From positions 868,001 to 932,000 of the forward strand of contig OZ251232.1 in the NCBI GenBank assembly GCA_965240325.2: DNA of 64,000 bases. Direction: 5' to 3'. The number at the start of each line of letters is the position of its first letter. Position 1 is the stretch's first letter. A program made the translations under genes and the position numbers. Under the pieces are notes generated by a model. The model did not search any database. It was not told the DNA's origin and saw nothing but the letters and a program-made list of their open reading frames with translations. The DNA comes from Rebecca billardiae RCC1528. Taxonomy: Eukaryota; Protista; Haptophyta. Below are positions 29,438 through 41,000 of the stretch, in pieces.

Positions 29438-31728
29438 GAGACCCCTTCAGGGAAATCGTGCTCGGCTGGGGTCGCGGCTGCGCTGGCGGCTGAGGTCCTG
29501 GCGGGTTGAGACCCCGCCTTTTCTGACGAGCTCCGCGCTGGCGCGGAGCGGCGTCGCCAGAAAATCGACGTCGCGGAGATGAAACGGCTGGGTCTCAATC
29601 AGCCAGGCTGAGGTCGGACCTCAGCCGAGCCGAGGCCGGCTGAGGTCGATCTCCACATACGGGGAAAGCGCGAGATAGTAGGCGCCGCGCGCGCCGAGGC
29701 GCCTTGCGCCTCCTCGCACGTCGCACCGACGCGTGGCACGCGACTCACGCGGCTGTGCATCGGCGCTGAGGTACAAGGGTCCATCCGCGCCGATCGCGCG
29801 CGTGCGCACGCCCTTCCTCGCCGCTGCGGCAGGCGCACGCGCTTCGCGAGCCGCCATGCGTGCGCTGGGAGGCAAAAGCGCACGCGCGCGGCGAGGCACG
29901 TTGAACGCCCCAGACGCAGCGATGCGTCGTATGGCGTAGCACATGTCACACGCGTGCTCTCAGCTTCGCGTGGCGCCGCGCGTGTGCACGGTCTCGGCGG
30001 TGCGCGTCGCGCGCTTTGCGCAGCCGCCAGCACACAGCCAGCTGACCCACGTGCGCCCGGCGTCGTCGAGTGGGCTGTGCACTGCGCGCACGAGGCGTGG
30101 CGCTGCGTGCCTGGCTCGTGGATGGTATGATGCCCGCGCTCTGCGCCCCGCCTGGCGCTTGGCCAGCGATGTGTACCTCCGCGGCCAAGCTGTTCCGCGG
30201 CGTGGCAGGCGGTGCGATCGCAAGGCGCGGCCGGTTCCAGCCGCCGGCTCGCCGGCCATGCGCACCGGGACATGTGGTGCCATGTCGGCCTCGCGAGCGC
30301 GCGCGGGTGTCACGTAGTGATGCAACTGCCCCTCGGCGGCCGCAGGACGGTCGCGGCCGCAGCCTGGCGCCCTGGGATCGCGCATGGCGGTCAGCTCATG
30401 CATCAGGCAGGCGAGCACGACAGCAGCCAGGCGCACTGTGAATCGGCCGCGGCCGTCTGCTGGTTCTAGCTCGCCTCTCGGACGAGTGACCGAGACTCGT
30501 CAGCCCACGCCATTTGGTTGTCGGTAGCAAACGGGTGGACTTCCGCTGGCGCTGCTGATGATCAATAGGCTGTCGCAGCAACATATCGTCGCCTGTTGCT
30601 AGCTGGCATCTCTCATCTGCTCAGCGAGCTCTGTGGACTGGGCCGTGCATGCCGGCATGCGACACAGCCACAGGCATGCTGCATGGTTTTGGCAGCCATC
30701 GAGTCACAATGCGACGAATCCTGCCGCCAGACTTGGCATGTGCGCTACCTGCCCGGCAAATGGCAACGCCCCCATCTCAGAGACATGCCAAGTTGTTCTC
30801 GAGTTGCGCTGCACCTGATGACAATACCCGACCTGTGCACTTCGGCTGCTGTGCTGAGCAACACCGTAGGCCGCAACCAGCTTGTCAATCAGATCAGCAG
30901 CGGGGGACGAGATGAGCCAGGCTGCGGCCGCGACCGCCCTGCGGCCGCCGAGGGGCAGTTGCATCACTACGTGACACCCGCGCGCGCTCGCGAGGCCGAC
31001 ATGGCACCGCATGTCCCGGTGCGCATGGCCGGCGAGCCGGCGGCTGGAACCGGCCGCGCCCTGCGATCGCACCGCCTGCCACGCCGCGGAACAGCTTGGC
31101 CGCGGAGGTACACATCGCTGGCCAAGCGCCAGGCGGGGCGCAGAGCGCGGGCATCATGCCATCCACGAGCCAGGCACGCAGCGCCACGCCTCGTGCGCGC
31201 AGTGCACAGCCCACTCGACGACGCCGGGCGCACGTGGGTCAGCTGGCTGTGTGCTGGCGGCTGCGCAAAGCGCGCGACGCGCACCGCCGAGACCGTGCAC
31301 ACGCGCGGCGCCACGCGAAGCTGAGAGCACGCGTGTGACATGTGCTACGCCATACGACGCATCGCTGCGTCTGGGGCGTTCAACGTGCCTCGCCGCGCGC
31401 GTGCGCTTTTGCCTCCCAGCGCACGCATGGCGGCTCGCGAAGCGCGTGCGCCTGCCGCAGCGGCGAGGAAGGGCGTGCGCACGCGCGCGATCGGCGCGGA
31501 TGGACCCTTGTACCTCAGCGCCGATGCGCAGCCGCGTGAGTCGCGTGCCACGCGTCGGTGCGACGTGCGAGGAGGCGCAAGGCGCCTCGGCGCGCGCGGC
31601 GCCTACTATCTCGCGCTTTCCCCGTATGTGGAGATCGACCTCAGCCGGCCTCGGCTCGGCTGAGGTCCGACCTCAGCCGCCAGCGCAGCCGCGACCCCAG
31701 CCGAGCACGATTTCCCTGAAGGGGTCTC
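29438..31728. mobile_element. Foldback element: 813-bp inverted arms, ~550-bp spacer, 5-bp direct repeat CGGAC outside both ends
   Basis: Left arm 29438-30368 (minus a nested 109+9-bp insertion) is the near-identical reverse complement of 30916-31728. CGGAC at 29433-29437 and 31729-31733. Confidence 0.85.
29498..29606. mobile_element. 109-bp MITE with 9-bp target-site duplication (Mutator-like)
   Basis: TIRs CTGGCGGGTTGAGACCC / GGGTCTCAATCAGCCAG. GCTGAGGTC is duplicated at 29489-29497 and 29607-29615. The opposite foldback arm shows the empty site. Confidence 0.85.
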
Positions 31729-31797
31729 CGGACCCGTCGACCCCGAATTCGGCGTGGCTTGTGCCGACGACGCCGGCGCAGGTTGGACGGCGGCTTG

Positions 31798-33423
31798 ATG
31801 CCGCGAGCGCTGCTCGCCCTCGTGCTGGTGGCAGGGCACAGCACTGCCGCATACAGCATTGCAGCGCCCGCACGAGCTCCCAGTCATCGCCTACGCAGTG
31901 TGCGCGTCTTACCTGCGCCGCGCGCGAGCCAGTCGGGCCGAGCGCACTGCAAGGCTCGTGAGAGCGCTGATGAGTCAGTCGCCAAGTCCGACGCGGACGA
32001 GCTCCCAGCGGGACGCGCCATCTGGCGCTCGGCCCTCCCGCTGTATGGCGCGTGCCTCTGCGAGCCCACGCTCACGCTGATCGACACAGCGTGCGTGGGC
32101 AGCCTCGGGCAAGCCACGACCGTTGGGCTCGCCGCGCTCGCGGTGAATGGCGCGGTCTTCGACGTGGCGGCGAACATATTCGCCTCGCTCTGCACGGCGT
32201 CGACGAACGTCGTCGGCGTTGCGAGCGCGCGTGGCGACCGAGAACTGCGCCGCGCCGTGTCCGTCTCCCTCGCCGTTGCGGTCGTGGTCGGCTGCGTCTC
32301 GGGCGCCGCACTCCTCGGCGTGTCGGGTCCGCTCGCGACACGAGTCTTTGGGCTGGCCAAGTCGCCCGACGTCGCGCGCCGCGCCCTGTCGTACATGCGC
32401 ATCCGCGCCGCGTTCACGCCGGTCGTGTGCGTCAACTACGTGCTCTACGGCGTGCTGCTCGCGCGCGCGGACACGTCGATCGCGGTCCGCGCTGTGAGCC
32501 TCTCCGCGCTGGTGAACATCGCGCTGGACGTGCTGCTGGTGGGCGTGGCGCAGCTCTCGACGAGCGGCGCGGCCGTCGCCACAGTCGCCGCGCAGATCGC
32601 GGTGTGCAGCACGCTCCTCGGCCACGTGCGCCGCACGCTGCCGCCCGCCGAGGCAGCGGCCGGCGCGGGGGACGCCGCGGCGGCTGCGGGCTCGCGCTCG
32701 GCCGCAGCAGCGCGCTGGCCACGGCCGACGCTCGCCGAGCTGCGCCCGTTCGGCGCCGTCTTCGGAGCGGTCGGGCTCGGCACGCTCACCACCTCGGCCG
32801 TGCACGCGTGCGCCGCGCGGCTCGTCGCGTCGAGCGGCGAGGTCGCCGCCACCGCCGCGCACCAGGTTGGCTTCCAAGCGGTTTCGCTCCTCTCGTGCAC
32901 AGCCATCCCCCTCAACCTGGCGGTGCAGGGGCTGCTCGCCTCCGCGGCGGGCGCTGGCGCGCGCGCGCGCGTGCGCGAGCTCGTGCGCGCGGCGCTCCGC
33001 CAGAGCGTGGCAGTCGGCGGGCTCGCCGCCGCCATCGCGTGGGCGATGCTCGCGCGGTTCCCGTCCGTGCTCACGCGCGAGGTGGCCGTCGCGGCGCGGC
33101 TGCGCGGGCTCGTGCCGCTCTGCGCTGCGACGGCGTACCTCTGGTGCCAGACGACGGCGCTGTACGGCGTGTTCGTCGGGCTGCGGCTGCTTGGGCCATT
33201 CCTGCGCGTGCATGCCCTCAGTGCCGCCGGTGCGCTCTGCGTGCTCCTCGGCGGCCGCTTCACGCGCCCCGACGCCCTCGTGCACGCGTGGACGGGCGCG
33301 GCGCTGTACTCGGCGCTTCGGCTGGCCTTCTATGCGCCGAGCGTTGTGCGTGTGCTCGCTCGAGGCGGGGCTGAGGCCGAGCCGAGCACGAAGCCTCAGC
33401 CTGGTCCCAGTGACACCACCTAG
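31798..33423 (+). CDS. MATE (DinF-like) efflux transporter, probably plastid-targeted
   Basis: ALP...EPTLTLIDTACVGSLG; ALSYMRIRA; VNIALDVLLV...GAAVATVAAQ; AAHQV; many TM segments. Signal peptide followed by an Arg/Ser-rich transit-like region. Confidence 0.9.
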   Translation: MPRALLALVLVAGHSTAAYSIAAPARAPSHRLRSVRVLPAPRASQSGRAHCKARESADESVAKSDADELPAGRAIWRSALPLYGACLCEPTLTLIDTACVGSLGQATTVGLAALAVNGAVFDVAANIFASLCTASTNVVGVASARGDRELRRAVSVSLAVAVVVGCVSGAALLGVSGPLATRVFGLAKSPDVARRALSYMRIRAAFTPVVCVNYVLYGVLLARADTSIAVRAVSLSALVNIALDVLLVGVAQLSTSGAAVATVAAQIAVCSTLLGHVRRTLPPAEAAAGAGDAAAAAGSRSAAAARWPRPTLAELRPFGAVFGAVGLGTLTTSAVHACAARLVASSGEVAATAAHQVGFQAVSLLSCTAIPLNLAVQGLLASAAGAGARARVRELVRAALRQSVAVGGLAAAIAWAMLARFPSVLTREVAVAARLRGLVPLCAATAYLWCQTTALYGVFVGLRLLGPFLRVHALSAAGALCVLLGGRFTRPDALVHAWTGAALYSALRLAFYAPSVVRVLARGGAEAEPSTKPQPGPSDTT

Positions 33424-33954
33424 ACTGTCACCGTGGGCAAGGCTGACTGATGATCCGGGCTCAGACTTTCGCGGTTGTGGGCTGATGTCCGGACGACGGA
33501 GCGTCCGGTGCGCATCCGAGGCACGCGGCGGCGCAGCCGAGCGGAGCGCAGCGCGTCCCTCCGCGCGACTCGAAGCTTTTTGGCGACGAGCTTAGCGCGG
33601 TGCGTGGCATCGGCGGGCGTGGCGCGCCGCAGCTGCGCGCACCGCGATCGCCACCGCGCCGCTGCTGCTCGCGCACCCGAGCGCGCGCCACCTGCTCGTT
33701 GCGGCATGCGCGAGCGGCTCCCGCGAGCAGCTCCGACAAGCGAGCAACGCGCGGCACGAGCCCGAGGCTGAGTCGCGGCTCGCACACGCGCGGCGCCCCT
33801 GCGCGTGCTGCCCCTCCCACGCTCGTCTCGCGCGCTCTTCCCGCGCTGATCGAGGCAGGCGTCGAGCTCAGCGCCTCACGAGCTCGTGCAGCCACCCCTG
33901 GGCGCCCACGACGCCAGCGTCAGCAGCAGCCAGCGCGTATTCGCTCCCGGTCCG

Positions 33955-35164
33955 ATGCCCCGCAACCTTTTCGTGAGCGGCATCGCCGAGCAAGTCCAGA
34001 AGCGCGACCTCGAGGACGAGTTCGGCAAGTCAGGCCCCGTATTGAACATCGATGTGAAGGTCGGCTTCGCCTTCATTGAGTACCAGAACGACGCGGACGC
34101 TGAGGGTACGTACGGCGCCTGTGGCGGCGCCTGCGGCCTGTGATGGGCTGACGCGATAACAGCGTGCACTCGCCGCACCCGCGTGAGCCGAGCCCGCACC
34201 CGCCCCGCGCCGGCCGTCCGCGGCCGCCTGACCCCGCCGCCCTCGCAGATGCGATGCAGCGGCTGCACAACGCCAACTTCTTCGGCCGCGTCCTCCGCGT
34301 CGAGTGGGGCAAGAACAAGGACGGCACCGGCGGCACGGCAGTCGGCTACCTCGGGCAGAACCGGGTGGCGTCGGCGGCCGCCGGCGGCGACCGGCTGTAC
34401 GTGGGGAACCTGCCGATGGAGTGCTCGCGTGACGACATTCAGAACCTCTTCGGCGAGTTCCGCCCGACGGACGTGCGCGCCGCGCTGCGGCGCCGCGTGC
34501 GCCCGCGCGTGCACCCGCGCGTGCGCGTGCCAGCGAAATCACCATCCGCTGACCGTTGCCGCCCGGCTCCGCTTCGGTGCGTGCGCAACTGCACGGCCGC
34601 GCCGCCTCGCTGCGCCGCGCCGCGCCAGGTTGACCTCCACAACAAGGACAACCTCAGCCGCCCGCCCGCCTTCTGCTTCCTCACCTTCGGCGACAACCGC
34701 TCGGCCGACGACGCGATGCGCGCGCGCGATGGGCACGAGTTCATGGGCCAGCGCATCCGCGTCGAGTTCACGCGAGGCTCGGCGAACCGGGCCGGCGGCG
34801 GCGGCGGAGCTGCCGGGGGGCCGCCGCCGCCGGCGTACGGCGGCGGCGGCGGCGGCTATGCTCGCGGCGGCCCGCCGTACGGCGGCGGCGGGGGCGGGTA
34901 CGGCGGCGGCGGTGGAGGGTATGCCGGCGGCGGGTACGGCGGAGGCGGCTATGGCGGCAGCGGCGGCTACGGCGGCAGCTATGGCGGCGGCAGCTACGGC
35001 GGCGGCGGCGGGTACGGCCCCCCGGGGTACGACCGGGCGCCGCCGGACGACCGGTACGGCTACGGCCCGCCGCGTCGCGACTATGGCCCGCCGCCCGTCG
35101 ACTACCCGGATTACCCGCCGGTGCGCGAGCGCGAGTACGAGCGCGCCGGCCCTCCGCCCATGTA

Positions 35165-35195
<31 letters not shown>

Positions 35196-35507
35196 CGGTA
35201 CGACCGTGGCGGCGGGTACGACCGTTACGGGTACGACCGGCCCGTGGCGCCGCGGCGGCGATATGACGACGAGGACGAGCGTCCCCGCCGGCGGCGCGAC
35301 GACGACGACGACGACGACGGCGAGCGCCGGCGCAGCAAGAAGACTCGCCGCCGCGACGACGACTACGACGACGAGGACGATGACCGGCGCGAGCGCCGGC
35401 GCAGCAAGAAGCGCGACTCGGACGACGAGTCTGAGGACGACCGGCGTGAGCGCAAGAAGAGCGGCTCGAAGAAGGCGTCCCGGCGCGACGAGGACGATGA
35501 CGCGTGA
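33955..35507 (+). CDS. SR-like RNA-binding protein: 2 RRM + Gly/Tyr-rich + Arg/Asp-rich tail (3 exons)
   Basis: RNP2/RNP1 motifs LFVSGI/GFAFIEY and LYVGNL/AFCFLTF. GT-AG introns 34106-34248 and 34473-34628. Confidence 0.9.
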
Positions 35508-36003
35508 GCGGGCGCGCACGCGTGGTGCGCGGCGGGCGCGGCACGTGCGCCGCGCGGCGCATTCGCGGCGGGCATCAGCCGCACTGCGCCATGCTGCACC
35601 GCTCGAGCACGCGCAGAGCCGCGTGGTGCGCGCTGGCCACCCCGCGCAGCGTGCAGGTCTGCGTGCACGCTGGGCGGCACCACGTGGTCCACGATCAGCG
35701 GCGCGCCTCGGTCATTCGCGCGGCACGCGCTAGCGCGCTGCTGTCAGCGCCGTGTGCCTAGCTCGCACAACGATGTGCCTGCAGCAGCATGGGCTCACGA
35801 AGCTGTGGCTCCGGCGGCAGCGTGGCGTCCTGATCTCCCCTTGGCTCCTGCCACCTGCTTTCTAGCTGGCTTTGACCGTGACTGAGCATCCAACAAGCAC
35901 GACGCTGTTGCCACGGGATTTGAGGAGTCGGGACGACGCGGCAAGGGGCTCCCGTCTCACGCAGCATCTGTGCATCATGAATTAGTATATATAAGTCAAT
36001 ATA

Positions 36004-36671
36004 TGTCGGATGAGTTCAAGAGCCGCGAAACGACTGAGCTATTTGCTTCGCGCGAACCAAATAGCGCTGCTCGTCGTCAGTCGTTTCAGCTCGCGGCTCT
36101 TGTCTCTCACTCTCTTGAACTCCCGCCTCGGACCTACCGAGTACCGTAAGTCCCCTGCTGCGTTGGACACCGTCACCCCGCGACGGGCCAAGGGGCTGTA
36201 GTCCTGTAGTCCGCCAGTGATGTTCTGACGGATTTCGTATATTGTTGTCGAGCAGGTTTTTCTCTCCCCGCCTGGTCTCTCCCAGGTGTTCCACCCTGCG
36301 TGCTCGTCTGCTCTCTGGCTTCGTAGAGACTCCGTCTTTTGTGGGCGGTGATGAGCCCTTCTTGCTGCTGTGGCTTTGTAGTGAGGCTCTTTTTGTGTCT
36401 TTGTTGTTGACCCGGGCGACTGTACTCTGTAGCTACCCGGAGGTTGCGCGTCGCGGACCGTGCTCGTTTTCTGTCGTCTTTCTTTGTCGTGGTCATCATT
36501 CTTCTTCGTGCTCCCCTCTTTTCGTTCGTCTTTTTGCCGATCGACTCCTCGCTATTTTTATTCCCCCCGGAGCCGCGAGGCTCTCGCGAGGTCGAAAGCG
36601 CTTCGCGTGAAAGGCCAAGAGTTGCGAACCAAATAGCTCAGTCGTTTCGCGGCTCTTGAACTCCTCCGACA
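36004..36671. mobile_element. Non-autonomous element with ~41-bp TIRs and an extra internal inverted copy of the end
   Basis: TGTCGGA-TGAGTTCAAGAGCCGCGAAACGACTGAGCTATTTG (36004-36045) versus CAAATAGCTCAGTCGTTTCGCGGCTCTTGAACTCCTCCGACA (~36631-36671). TA-rich flanks. Degenerate third copy at ~36058-36123. Confidence 0.75.
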
Positions 36672-36706
36672 ATATATATATCCATTTACCCATTATAACT
36701 ATCCGC

Positions 36707-36745
36707 CACACACACACACACACACACACACACGTGTGTGTGTGT
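36707..36745. repeat. (CA)n/(TG)n inverted microsatellite
   Basis: Direct reading: a CA run followed immediately by a TG run. Confidence 0.9.
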
Positions 36746-37294
36746 GACGACAGACGAGTCACCGACCGCTGCACCCACCGCCACGCCAGTTCCTGCTGCC
36801 CCCCTCCTGCCCTCCACGAGGACCGAGACTCGCCCCCGGGCGACGACTTGGACGACGAGGAGCTGCCGCAGCAGCTGGACGAAGCGCACCCTGGACGACG
36901 CCGCGCCCGCAGCGCCAGCCGCCGCCAGCCAGCCAGCTGGCTCGAGCGGCAGGCACGTACGCGACCGCCCGGGGAGCACGGGGCAGGCTCGACCAGCTGC
37001 TACCAGCGGCTGAGACTGCCAGCAGAGTGCCAGCTGATATCCGGACCTGCACCATCGCCCTCGTCGCTCGGGGCACAGCAGGGCCATGCGAGCCGCGCAG
37101 CGCAGGTGGATCGCGCTCCAGCAGCTCAAGGCCGCGCTCAAGCAATCCGATCGCGGTGCAGGCTATGCTCTGCCACCAACGCCGACTTCGTCATTCGTGA
37201 CTTACTTCGTGTCGACGATCGGGCACTGCCGCTGACGAATCAGGAGACCCGCGTCGTCCTACCTGTGTCGTCAAATCAATAAATCATAGAATGA

Positions 37295-37302
<8 letters not shown>

Positions 37303-37338
<36 letters not shown>

Positions 37339-37389
37339 CGGGCTCCGGCTCCGGTTCGGACCCCCTGCGGCAGTACGGTACTGTATAGG

Positions 37390-37438
<49 letters not shown>
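37303..37438. repeat. Two (TA)n microsatellites flanking a short TIR remnant
   Basis: Direct reading. The middle segment resembles the TIR at 133-161. Confidence 0.9.
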
Positions 37439-37441
<3 letters not shown>

Positions 37442-38095
37442 TAGCCGTCCTCGTGAACGCCGACGCCAACTGCTGGCCGAAGGTGGGCACGCCGCCTGGC
37501 ATGTCGATGCCGAGGCGGCTGCGTGTGTTCCTACTCAGTGGGATTTACGTGTCCTCATGCCTTGGCGAGCGGCAGCAGATGCGGTGGGCATGCCGCTCGC
37601 CGTCGACGAGACGCGGTGCGTGAGTGATCCCGCGCGGACGTCCGCTGACGGAAGGCTGAGCGCCTGCGGACTCGTCGACTGAACCTCCACCTGACCGCCC
37701 GGGAGCAGCACTGCTGGGGACCTAACCTGAAAAACCCAATCGTGTTGGGAGGCAGGGGGTCACATGAGCCCTAAGTGCAGCGCCGCAAGACCGGGCGGTC
37801 GGACGGCGGGTGTTGTGATCCCGCCGCCCGAGCACCAGACCAACGGGCCCTGGGTGGGCGGGTTGCCGAAAGATGTTGGTCGGTGCACGCGACGCGCCAC
37901 CCGCGTGCGAGCCGCCGCCGCCGGCGACGCAGGACGAGCTTGGCTGGAGCCATCTCGCACGCCGCGCCTGGCGAAGCAGGCGGCAGAGGCCGGCGCCGGA
38001 AATCGATCTCCTGGGCGGCAGAACAACCCGGACAGACTGTTTGTCCGGGAGCAGCGCCCTTTGAGGCGATGGTCTGGTAGAGGGCGATGTGGCTG

Positions 38096-41000
38096 TGTCA
38101 GGGAACGCGTCTTGAGGCTTGACGGTCGAGTCGGGCGACGAGCTTCGGCTTTTGTTTGCGGTGAGGAGCACAGCTTGTTCGTGGTGCTCGGCTCATGTTT
38201 CCGCGTTCATTCAGAATCATCTGGAATACTTCGAGATGCCGCCGCCAGCCATGCTGTCCTGCTGTATTTTAGGATGAGGTTCAGGTTGATTTTGGAGGAT
38301 TTTGTGCGAGCGCCGCCGCAGCGGTCGCGCCGCCACTGTGTGACTGCGAGTAAAATGTTGGATTGGAAATTGGAAATCACTGTAGATTGGCGATTCCTTT
38401 GACACCCCCCCTCAATCCAATATGCGCTCGTCTGTGAGGACTAAGCTTGGATTATGAGTGATTTTGGGCTTGGTATTGTTTGTGCATCTGTGTGCATGAG
38501 TGAATTGGAGTCAGTAATGGTTGCCAATGCCAGGATACGGGTCATGTGCTGGGACTTCCGTGTGACGGTTTTGGGTAACCCGAGTCAGTCCTGGGCTTAT
38601 TTGCACCATTTGTTCACTCTTTGGCCTTGATCTTGGACCTTGTTATTGGGCTATGCCCTGCCTTGATATTTAATCATAGGCATCCGGAGCAGGAATATCC
38701 AGGAAATGGATACGCTCCTTGGGAAATTTGTTGGCTCCCTTGTTTTTGCCTTTGTTGTAATTGTTGGCCTTGGGGCGTAGCTCTGGGTGGAGCCTCCAAC
38801 ACTGCTGGGCAGTATGGTTCTTGAGACCACAGTGAGTGCACCGTTTGCCGGTGTCCGAGTTATTCGGCCCGCTCTCGCCATTGGCTGGAGCCTTTTGGGC
38901 CTGAGCGGCGAACACTTCGGCGCCCTCAAAGTCACCGCGTCGCCGCGTGCCTTGCTGATAATCAGCATTTTGGCGTATCTTGGAATAGTTTTCGGTCTCT
39001 CTCCCCTTGGTCTGATGGAGTAGCTTCATTGAGCCGTGCCGTTTGTAGGCATCTTCCATCTGGGCCATTATCTGGTCAGTGTTATCCACACATTGCTCGG
39101 GCGTGAGCGCTCCGAAGTGCGAGATAACTGACTCGTAGACTTGGGGATGGTCGTGCATGCTGTTATACAGCTTGAAGACCAACATCGTAGCATCGTCCAG
39201 ATTCCCATATCGAGATGAGCGGACTTGCTCGACGGATTTCTTGATAATGTCCGATGCGCCAATGGGCGACACCTTTGTCGGGTATAACTTCAGGAATTCA
39301 TCCCTGAGTTCGGACATAGTTGTGATCTTGAGCTCGCGCTCAAATATCTGTAGCAGCAGCGCCAGATCCAAGTAGTTCTTGGTCGGATCGCTGATGTGCA
39401 GCTTCGATTCCAGATAGGCGAATAACTGAGGCTCGATAGAGTCCTTCAGCTGCTTGAATATCGCTGCCGCAGATCGATCGTAGACCGATCCGATCTTGTT
39501 GGCGTCAGCGTTGTCAGCCTTGTATGGGTCGATTTTGGCTGCGTCTTTCACCCATTTGTCTTTGGCAATGAGTTGAAAGCCGGATAGCTTGCTATCCTTG
39601 GGCTCCATTATGTCAGGTGTGACATCTGAGGATTTGCCCTTGTAGTAGGTGCTCACTTCTGCGAGTGCATCCCGTATCGCGCTGTGTACCGCGCGCTTGG
39701 ATTTCAGAGCCGACTGTGTCAGCTTGTGTGTGGCGGGTGTATCCACTCCTGCCGAGGATTCGCGTGCCATGAACACACGTTCCTTCTTGGTTGGATTAGA
39801 GTCTGTGACTCCTCCTTCGATGACTATCCAGTCACGTTTCTTCGACTCAAGTGCATTGGTCGATGTGTCGCGCGCGCTCTGTGGCGATTCGCGCTCTACC
39901 TTCGAGCGAGGAGTGACCCTCGTCGAGGCTGTGGTGCCTTCTTTGGGCTTCTTCACGCTCGTTCTGTCCAGCGGTGATGCATGTGCATCCGCGGCAGCTT
40001 CGGCGGAATACTCTTCCTTGCAAGAGTGTGGCGTTGTGATGGCTGACGCAGCAGATGCATGCGCACGCGCGTCGCGCTCGCCAACTTGGTTTTGCTGCGG
40101 CTTTGCCGTCAAGCAGGTGTATGATGCCCCCCCTGCATCGCATGCGCTTCCTACGTTCGACGCGAGTCGATACGTGCCAGACGAGGACTCTGCCGTCTCT
40201 GCGGCGGTCATCTCGCGGCTGCTTGTGTCGCTCGTGGCGAGCAGCTCGGCTTCGGAAGCCATCGTGAGGCTGGTAATTTTGGGGTAAACGTATTTGTTTG
40301 GGTCAGGCGCATCAATAATAAATGCGGCCGCTGACTTGATGCTTGAGCTCGCTGTGACAGAGTCACGTGTCGTAGCATCTTGGAGCATAGTTTGCTCTGC
40401 CAGACCATACAGGTCGTTTGCGTCGCACTCATCGGTGCTAATGTCCTCGTTCGATCGGTCAGACTCAGACACAGTGTCATGCGCGCGAGGCTGCAGACTG
40501 ACTGCGGCGGTGGCACGACCTGCGCTGTCACAGGCGGCGGCCAGATGGCCAGCACGCGGAGCAGCGTCGGCAGGCTCGAGGGCCTCGACGGTCGGAGCGG
40601 CATCAGCGGCAGCAGCGTCGAGCGCTACATCTGCCCCGGAACGCTCGGTGACCTCGTTCGATGACTCGGAGGCCGCAAGGCACTCCTTGAGCTGCGGGCT
40701 CTCAGCCGCGCGCTCTTGAACCGCGCTCGCGGGCGCAGAGTCCCGGGCGGTAGTTGTTGAGATCCCCTGCGCAACGACGTGCGTGCGGATGGAGTGGCGC
40801 GATGGCGGGGGATGCGAGCGGCAACGCTCCTCCTCACCGCGCTGTGCGCGAACCTCCTCCTCAAGGTGATCCTTGATTGACTCGGCATGAATCTGGTCAA
40901 CACGCGGTGCGATCGCACTCGACGCGTGGCTGCCTGAGTACAGGTCAGCGGTGTTGCCAGGCCCGTAAGCGCTGGAGATGGGCTTGCGGAGAAGCGTGAG

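Noticed and set aside
29960-31324. Mirror ORFs reading out of the foldback spacer into both arms (one with a signal-like start)
   Set aside because: Explained by the inverted repeat. Composition is not protein-like and there are no transposase motifs.
36745-37273. TGACGACA...TGTCGTCA bounded segment, possible solo LTR
   Set aside because: Only an 8-bp inverted repeat, no target-site duplication and no second copy in the window.
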